A stretch of DNA of 64,000 bases, taken from positions 1,088,001-1,152,000 of the forward strand of contig CAVVJT010000010.1 of NCBI GenBank assembly GCA_963748625.1. The letters are read 5' to 3'. Under the pieces are notes generated by a model. That model was not told the DNA's origin, did not search any database, and was given only the letters and a program-made list of their open reading frames with translations. Origin of the DNA: an uncultured Chloroflexia bacterium (GTDB lineage: Bacteria > Chloroflexota > Limnocylindria > Limnocylindrales > CSP1-4). Both the position numbers and the translations under genes were made by a program. This document shows, piece by piece, positions 57,723 through 64,000 of this stretch (position 1 is the first letter of the stretch; each line of letters begins with the position of its first letter).

Positions 57723-58397
57723 TCAGATGCACCCGGTCGGGGTGCGCGGGGGCTCGATGCCGGGCTGGCCAACCGCGACCGGGAGCGGGCCGAGGGTGAT
57801 CTTGCCGGTGTCGATGGTCAGGGCGCCCTCACCGTCCACGACGACGGCGAAGCGATCCATGCCGCGCGGCGCGGGCCCGTACTGCGAGCCGTCGGCCTTC
57901 ACGCCGAGGCGGTCGTAGCGCGAGCCGTGGCACGGGCATTCGAGCCAGAAGTTCTTCTCGCACGGGTTCGGCTTGCAGCCGAGGTGCGGGCAGCGCTGGT
58001 AGAGCGCTCGGACGTTGACGTTGGTGCCATCCCCGGTGGCATCCTCGCCCGGCAGGAATGCCTGCTGGTTCGGATCGACCAGCAGCACGAACGCCTTGGC
58101 CGAGGAGTAGTAGACCGGGAAGCCCTGGTCGACCGGGAGCGCGGAGTTGTCGGCCTTGACCTGGTCGAGCGTGCCGATCTTCACCAGGCCGCCGAACTTG
58201 CCCTCGAGGTTGGGCCACAGGAAGCCGACGGTGCCGGCGGTGACCTCGATCAGCCAGAGGCCCATGGCGGCGGCCAGCGAACCGCGCAGCAGCTCGCGGC
58301 GGGACACGCCCTCGACCTGCTCGTGACGGAGGCTCTTGATCGCCTCCGTGGTCAGCGCCTGCGGCTTGGAGGCCGGCTCGACGGGGTAGTTGCTCAT
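57723..58397 (-). CDS. petC: Rieske [2Fe-2S] protein of Rieske/cytb complex
   Basis: Tat motif SRRELL plus TM; CPHLGC, CPCHGSRYD, GPAPR. Confidence 0.92.
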   Translation of the reverse strand: MSNYPVEPASKPQALTTEAIKSLRHEQVEGVSRRELLRGSLAAAMGLWLIEVTAGTVGFLWPNLEGKFGGLVKIGTLDQVKADNSALPVDQGFPVYYSSAKAFVLLVDPNQQAFLPGEDATGDGTNVNVRALYQRCPHLGCKPNPCEKNFWLECPCHGSRYDRLGVKADGSQYGPAPRGMDRFAVVVDGEGALTIDTGKITLGPLPVAVGQPGIEPPRTPTGCI

Positions 58398-58416
58398 GAC
58401 TCCGGATTCCTTCGAA

Positions 58417-59034
58417 TCAGAGGGCGAAGTGAAGGCCCGGCGTCCCGATCGAGAAGAACTCGAGGTACGGGATGACGAACGCGTAGCCGGGACCGCGGAA
58501 GAAGATCCCGACGAAGGTGACGAACAGGCCGAGGCCCGCGAACAGGGAGAACAGCACGACGGCGGTCTTCCGGTCGGACGGGCGGGTGGCCAGCAGGTTG
58601 GCGCGGTCGAGGAACGGGATCAGGGCCGCACCCACGAGGACGAAGGTGGGCACGAGGACACCCGCGACGGTCGGGTGGAAGTAGGCCAGCAGCTCCTGCA
58701 GGCCCAGGAAGTACCACGGCGCCTTGGCCACCGCGGGGGTGACGTTGCCGTTGGCAAGGTCCTCGAGCGGGGCGTTCATGAACAGGCCCATCGCGAGCAG
58801 GAACACGCTCATGAGGGCCGCCGCCATGAACTCGATGGTCAGCAGGTGCGGCCAGGTCATGACCGTGTCGTCAGGTTCCTTCTGGACCCGCACGACCGCA
58901 TCCTGCTTGACCAGGGCCAGCAGGCGGTAGGGCCGTGCCGACATGGGCACGCGCTGCTTGTCGATCTCGGTGCGCCGGGTCGGATCGACCGGGGCGACGA
59001 CCCGCGTCTCGTTCGGCTGCTTCGTATCGGTCAT
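58417..59034 (-). CDS. petD: Cytochrome b C-terminal part (subunit IV)
   Basis: TWPHLL, KAPWYFLGLQELL (PEWY-equivalent), PFLDR...P..R. Confidence 0.85.
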   Translation of the reverse strand: MTDTKQPNETRVVAPVDPTRRTEIDKQRVPMSARPYRLLALVKQDAVVRVQKEPDDTVMTWPHLLTIEFMAAALMSVFLLAMGLFMNAPLEDLANGNVTPAVAKAPWYFLGLQELLAYFHPTVAGVLVPTFVLVGAALIPFLDRANLLATRPSDRKTAVVLFSLFAGLGLFVTFVGIFFRGPGYAFVIPYLEFFSIGTPGLHFAL

Positions 59035-59049
59035 CTCGTCACCCCCGTC

Positions 59050-59779
59050 TCAAAGCGGGCCGCTGATGCCACCGTCCTTGCGGATCCGCCAGAAGTGGAC
59101 CGCGAGGAAGATGGCCGCAACGAGCGGGAAGACCATGATGTGCAGCACGTAGAACCGGAGCAGCGTGTTCTGGCCCGACCTCGATGCCGCCCAGGAGGAG
59201 GAACTTCGAGGGGGTGTTGAACAGCGGCGCGTAACCGGCCATGTTCGTGCCGATGGTGATGGCCCAATAGGCGATCTGGTCCCACGGGAGGAGGTAGCCC
59301 GTGAACGAGAGCATGATCGTGAGGAAGAGCAGGACCACGCCCACGACCCAGTTGAACTCGCGCGGCGGCTTGTAGGCCCCGTGGTAGAAGACCCGCATCA
59401 TGTGCAGGAAGACGAAGAACACCATCAGGTGGGCGGCCCACCGGTGGATGTTCCGGGTCAGCAGGCCGAACACCACGCGGGACTGGATGTCCAGGATGTT
59501 CGAGTAGGCCTGCGTGTCCGATGGGATGTAGAAGAACATCAGGTACACGCCGGTGACCGTCAGCACGAGGAACAGGAAGAAGCTGAGGCCGCCCAGGCAG
59601 AACGTGTAGGCGAACTTGACCGCGTGCTGCCGGACCCGCACAGGGTGCAGGTGCAGGAACACGTTGTTCATGACCGCGTACGCGCGCGACCGCTCGTCGT
59701 TCGGGTACGGGTTGCGGAAGATCGACCGCCAGACGGGTGACCGCCTGATGCTCTGGTCGACCCGCTCCAGGAAGCTCAC
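59050..59779 (-). CDS. petB: Cytochrome b6 (N-terminal part; apparent +1 frameshift near 59174-59176)
   Basis: YTFCLGG (heme ci Cys), IHRW...[18 protein letters not shown]. Helix [10 protein letters not shown](x14)H...GISGPL* lies in the next frame. Confidence 0.88.
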
Positions 59780-61618
59780 CTACGCTCCTCCTGCCACGCC
59801 GGCGGTTCCGGCGAGTTGCGCGTCACGGTACGACTCCTTGTAGAGCCGGCCGTCGCTCGAGATCTCCTGGAGCTCGAACCGCTCCATGGTGATGGCATCG
59901 AAGGGGCACCGCTTCACGCAGAGCGCACAGCGGATGCACCGCTCTTCGTCGAGGACCATGGCTGCGCCGTTGGCCCAGCCGTATGCCTCCTCGACCTCGG
60001 GCAGCAGCCCCTCGGTCTTGAGCTGGTTCACGTCCACCATGTGGATGACCCCCTCCGGGCACACGTCGGCACACGCGCCGCACAGCACGCACCGGAACGG
60101 GTCGAACCAGATGTTGTAGTTGCACATGAGGCAGCGGGTGCTCTCGGCCACCGCCGCCGTCGTGTCGTATCCCAGTTCCACAGGGGTGTTGAAGTTGAGG
60201 ACGACGTCCTCGCGGCCACCGGGCATCCGCTGGGAGACCGGGATCACCGGGATGTGCTGGCGGGGCAGCACGTCGTACAGCTCCGGCATCTCGTGCCGCC
60301 AGGAGCTCGTGATCTTCACGTTGGGCGTGACCGTGACGTCGGTGCGCCCCGCGAGGTAGCGGTCGATCGCGTAGGCGGCCTTCTTGCCGTGGCCTGCCGA
60401 CTCGATCATGGTGGTGGGGCCGGTCACGAAGTCGCCGCAGGCGAAGACGCCGCGGATGTTGGTCGCGTACGTCGCCGGGTCAACCTTGAGGCGCCCGCGG
60501 CCGACCTCGAAGTTGGCCTCCACCGGCAGGAACGAGAGGTCCGCGGCCTGGGAGACGGCGGGGATGATCGTCTCGCAGGGGACCGTGTACTCGGATCCCG
60601 GGATCGGCACGGGCGAACGGCGGCCGGACGCATCGGGCTCGCCGAGCTTGTTGCGGATGAACGTGATGGCGACGAGCTTGCCGTCCTCGCCGATCAGCTC
60701 CACCGGGCTCACCAGGAAGTCCATGCGGACGCCCTCGAGCTCGGTCTCGCCCAGCTCCTCCTCGTCCACGACCAGCTCCGACCTGGTGCGCCGGTAGGCG
60801 ATCGAGACGTTCTTCGCGCCGAAGCGCAGGCTCGTCCGGGCGCAGTCCATGGCGGTGTAGCCGCCACCGATGACGACCACGTTCTCCCCGACCGTCATCT
60901 CCTGGCCGAGGTTGGCGCGCTTCATGAAGTCCACGCCGTACTGCACGCCTTCGAGGTCAGCGCCCGGGACGTCCAGGTACACCGGGTTCATGGCACCGGC
61001 CGTGATGGCGATGGCGTCGTAGTCCCGCTGGAGGTCCTCGAAGGGGACATCGATGCCGATGGTGGTGTCGTAGACGAACGTCACGCCCAGGCGCTCTACC
61101 AGGCGCACGTCCATCTCGATGGCGGCGCGCGGGAGGCGGAAGGCGGGAACGCCCATGAGGAGGGTGCCGCCACCGAAGGGCAGGCTGTCGAACACCGTGA
61201 CCTGGTAGCCGCGGGTGGCGAGCTCGCGGGCGACAGCCAGGCCGGCCGGGCCTGCGCCGATCACGGCGACACGCTCGTCGCGCGGGGTGATGGCCGGCAT
61301 CGCGTCCGGGATGCCCGACGCCTCGTGCCACTCCACGAGGAACCGCTTCATGGCGCGGATGGCCAGGGGCCGGTCGATGTCGCCCCGCCGGCACGCGCGC
61401 TCGCACGGCGCCGAGCACACGTAGGCGCACATCGCCGCGACCGGATTGGGCTCGCGCGCGAGGATGTAGCCCTCCTCGAAGCGGCCTTCCGCTGCGAGGT
61501 TGAGGTAGCCCCGGCAGTTGGTGCCGACGGGACAGGCCTCCTGGCACTCGATGTTGCACTGGAGCCAGGACGCGTCCACGGGCTGGACGAGGAACTCCTG
61601 GGTGTGATCGAGGGTCAC
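59780..61618 (-). CDS. GltD/NfnB/DsrL-like FAD- and NAD(P)-binding oxidoreductase with C-terminal 2x[4Fe-4S] ferredoxin
   Basis: CQEACP, CAYVCSAPCERACRR, GAGPAG, GGGYTAMD..R, YRR, GDFVTG, RCLMC, CVLCGACADVCP, CIRCALCVKRCP. Its stop abuts the cytochrome b6 start. Confidence 0.88.
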   Translation of the reverse strand: MTLDHTQEFLVQPVDASWLQCNIECQEACPVGTNCRGYLNLAAEGRFEEGYILAREPNPVAAMCAYVCSAPCERACRRGDIDRPLAIRAMKRFLVEWHEASGIPDAMPAITPRDERVAVIGAGPAGLAVARELATRGYQVTVFDSLPFGGGTLLMGVPAFRLPRAAIEMDVRLVERLGVTFVYDTTIGIDVPFEDLQRDYDAIAITAGAMNPVYLDVPGADLEGVQYGVDFMKRANLGQEMTVGENVVVIGGGYTAMDCARTSLRFGAKNVSIAYRRTRSELVVDEEELGETELEGVRMDFLVSPVELIGEDGKLVAITFIRNKLGEPDASGRRSPVPIPGSEYTVPCETIIPAVSQAADLSFLPVEANFEVGRGRLKVDPATYATNIRGVFACGDFVTGPTTMIESAGHGKKAAYAIDRYLAGRTDVTVTPNVKITSSWRHEMPELYDVLPRQHIPVIPVSQRMPGGREDVVLNFNTPVELGYDTTAAVAESTRCLMCNYNIWFDPFRCVLCGACADVCPEGVIHMVDVNQLKTEGLLPEVEEAYGWANGAAMVLDEERCIRCALCVKRCPFDAITMERFELQEISSDGRLYKESYRDAQLAGTAGVAGGA

Positions 61619-61933
61619 GAAGCGGACGCGCCTCTTCTGCGTGCGGTGGGCTGGGCGACGGAAACCACGACGGGGTGCTCCGCCGACCGGGGGAGATTAC
61701 CAAGCCGAAGGCGGACCTGCATAGCGAATGAGGGCCATTTCGACCCCGAAACCATGCCGGAGGTCGCCGTGGTCCCGGGCCGCGGGACGACGTGCGCGGC
61801 CCAGCAGGGTCCCGCACGAGGAGCACGCGCGGCCGGACAGCCGGACCCGCGGACGGACAGCCCGCCGGCCGTTCCCGTCCCGGCGCGACCCGGGCACTCG
61901 ACACCGTGTGCGCGGCCCGGGTTGACGACCGGG

Positions 61934-61962
61934 TTGACGCCCGGGGTGGGCGCAGCTACGCT
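61934..61962 (+). promoter_or_regulatory. Sigma70-type promoter for downstream gene
   Basis: TTGACG-N17-TACGCT; the -35 sits within an 11-bp direct repeat ccgggttgacg (61917-61927, 61929-61939). Confidence 0.55.
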
Positions 61963-62005
61963 GGCCCGGTCACCGGCCCCGCAGGAGGGCCGTCTCAGGA
62001 GCAGC

Positions 62006-63784
62006 GTGAACCCGTCCGAGACCGCCTTCCTGGTCCTCGGCCTCGTCATTGGCACGGCGATCGGCGTCGCACTCTGGCTGGCCGCGCGCACGTGGCCCGC
62101 CCCCCGGCGGGAGGTGCGGCTGACGATCGCTCCGCACGCGATCCCCGTTCGCAGGGCCACCACGCTGGCCACGCCGGACGGTCGACGCGACCAGGGACCG
62201 CTCCCCGGCTCCCCTGACGGCGACGCCCTCGCGCACGACCCTCGCGCCGCGCTCGCGGTCCCGGCGGCACGGCCCACGATGGTTCCCGCGTCGGCGCAGG
62301 CGATGCTTCCGGTGGTTCGAACGCCTGTTCCCAATGCCCTCACGGGAATCCCCCTCAACGCGGTGGCCGTCCCGATCGTGGCCGATGAGGTGGACCGCAT
62401 CCCAGCCGCCTCACCGATCCGGACAGGTTCGATGGCGGCGTCCAGCTCGATCGCGGCGTCCATCGTCCGCACGGCGGGGGCGGTCGCGGTCCTCGAGCAT
62501 CCGCGGACACCCCTCGCGACCCCGGGAACGAGGCCGATGGCCACCGAGCGGTCGGGCGACAGGCCTGCCGCCTCGCCCGGGACCCACGGCACACCCGCAC
62601 TGCCGGACCCGGCCGCGGTCGCCATCACGGCCGCCGGACCACTGGCTGGTGCGTGCACCGACGAGCGGCGCATGGCGGAGGAGCGGTGCGCCCTCGCCGA
62701 CGCTGCGCGGGAGGAGTCCCGACGGGTCACCGAGACCTTGCGCACGGCCCAGCGCTCCTACGACGCCCTACGTGAGCGGGTGGAGCGTGCGCAGGATGTC
62801 GGCGATCCCCGCCGCGTTGCTGACGCGAAGAGCCGCCTCCATGCGGACTTCCGGACCGCGAACGAGGCGGCCAAGGGTGCCGACGAGGCTGAGACGGCCG
62901 CCCGCGAGTGGCTCGATGCGATCAACCGCCTGAACACGGCCGTGCGTGACGCTGCCCGCCTGGCCGACGTCGGCGGCGCCGAGCTGCGCGCCCAGCTGCC
63001 CACCATCGAGCGGCTCGGGCTCGAGGCCGAGGCCGCCCGGATCGCGGCCGACAACGCTGCCGAGGGCTGCCTTGCGGCGCGCGAGCGCCTGGCCGCCTGC
63101 GAGGAGGACGCCACGCGCGCCGCCGCCGCCGCGGTCATCCCCGCTGAGCCAGACGAGGAGCACCCGTTCGCCGGGGTGTGGCCCGCCGAAGAGCCCGGCT
63201 TCGCTTCGCCACCCGCGCCGCTGGAGCCCGACGGCACCGGCGTCTCCGCGATCATTCGCGTGCTGCGCGGTGACCGCGATGCCCGTGAGCAGATCGTCGC
63301 CGCGCTTGCCGGGCCCGACCCCGACGCCCAGCGCGAGTGGCACCTGCGCCTCGCGCACCTCGTGGACGCGATCACGGCCCGGTCCATCGAGGACGGCTAT
63401 CTCGACCTGCCGGCGGACGACCACTTCTGGAACATGTTCGACGTCCGCGAGGCGCGCGACATCGTGGGCGCGCTCTCAGCCCTGGGCTTCCGCTATGACG
63501 GCATGGGCGGGTTCGCCGATGGGCGCGTGCCCGCGCTGCGCGACCTCTCGCTGGCCGTCGGGTACGCCGGCCTCGACCGCATGCGCATCCGCTCGTGGCC
63601 CCGTGAGGACGATATGGCCCGCCTGTACGCGAACGCGACCGTCGCCTGCGACGAGTGGCTCGCGACCCTTGCCGGCGACCTGTCCCTCGGCCGGATGGTG
63701 GACGCGCTCGGCGCCCGGGCGGCGGCGCTGGCGGACGTCTGGAATGCGTGGGGGCGCGTGCGGCCGGTGCTGCTGGCGGGCTAG
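62006..63784 (+). CDS. N-terminally membrane-anchored coiled-coil protein of unknown function
   Basis: SD aggag plus GTG; TM FLVLGLVIGTAIGVALWL; Pro/Ala linker; long heptad-rich region; C-terminal globular domain ending WNAWGRVRPVLL. Confidence 0.72.
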   Translation: MNPSETAFLVLGLVIGTAIGVALWLAARTWPAPRREVRLTIAPHAIPVRRATTLATPDGRRDQGPLPGSPDGDALAHDPRAALAVPAARPTMVPASAQAMLPVVRTPVPNALTGIPLNAVAVPIVADEVDRIPAASPIRTGSMAASSSIAASIVRTAGAVAVLEHPRTPLATPGTRPMATERSGDRPAASPGTHGTPALPDPAAVAITAAGPLAGACTDERRMAEERCALADAAREESRRVTETLRTAQRSYDALRERVERAQDVGDPRRVADAKSRLHADFRTANEAAKGADEAETAAREWLDAINRLNTAVRDAARLADVGGAELRAQLPTIERLGLEAEAARIAADNAAEGCLAARERLAACEEDATRAAAAAVIPAEPDEEHPFAGVWPAEEPGFASPPAPLEPDGTGVSAIIRVLRGDRDAREQIVAALAGPDPDAQREWHLRLAHLVDAITARSIEDGYLDLPADDHFWNMFDVREARDIVGALSALGFRYDGMGGFADGRVPALRDLSLAVGYAGLDRMRIRSWPREDDMARLYANATVACDEWLATLAGDLSLGRMVDALGARAAALADVWNAWGRVRPVLLAG

Positions 63785-63826
63785 TGTCTCGGACCGGCGA
63801 TGCCCGGGGGGGACCTCTCCGTGCTC

Positions 63827-64000
63827 GGCGTCTCCCACGGCGGCTGCTGCCGTGCGCACCCGGCGCACACACGGAGCGGTGACGTCGCTTGTTGTGCGCC
63901 CGGTGCGCCGCCCGTGCGCTCCGGCAGGGTCCCGACGGCGCGACCTGCGCACCAGCCGCGCATCGAGCGCTCCGATTGCACCGTGTGGCTGTCCGGCGCG
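63827..64000. repeat. Dispersed ~175-bp intergenic repeat, copy 2
   Basis: Homologous to 4478-4653, same orientation; may continue beyond the window. Confidence 0.85.

Noticed and set aside
56599-59779. bc-complex genes as pseudogenes or programmed frameshifts
   Set aside because: All cofactor ligands are intact, there are no slippery heptamers, and identical +1 events occur in unrelated genes; assembly error is more parsimonious.
59816-62005. N-terminal ~730 aa of the 1322-aa + strand ORF
   Set aside because: Antisense shadow of the oxidoreductase gene in high-GC DNA; the real gene starts at GTG 62006 with SD and promoter.

Overview
A very GC-rich bacterial chromosomal window with about 65 CDSs and two tRNAs (initiator tRNA-Met CAT, tRNA-Lys TTT). 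It has two riboswitches: yybP-ykoY ahead of a TerC/Alx gene, and FMN ahead of a RibXY-type ABC importer. Many genes look leaderless. Chloroflexota is a plausible origin (RibXY, auracyanin-like lipoprotein, leaderless starts), but this is inference only. Main blocks: a receiver/GAF/histidine kinase operon; proC with proline dehydrogenase; copper-centre biogenesis (SCO, PCuAC, TlpA, cupredoxin); an aldehyde:ferredoxin oxidoreductase cluster with moeA, moaD, moeB, a ModE-like gene and an rSAM-SPASM gene; and an unusual Rieske/cytochrome b6-type operon. That operon is headed by an NfnB/DsrL-like NAD(P)H flavo-Fe-S protein and ends with a cytochrome c-cupredoxin fusion and a membrane-anchored Kelch-like protein. 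Other striking observations: two small ORFs (31 and 35 aa, not correctly called by the ORF track) sharing a C-terminal (I/V)V(I/V)DGAKRW motif after an AxA site; a His-containing membrane ORF ending in RAPP directly upstream of SCO-PCuAC; a Zn-phospholipase C-like/VWA/TM/FHA receptor-like protein; and a QW-motif/GGDEF fusion. Four genes carry +1 frameshifts in short base runs, most likely assembly errors. No CRISPR array, integrase or transposase is visible.
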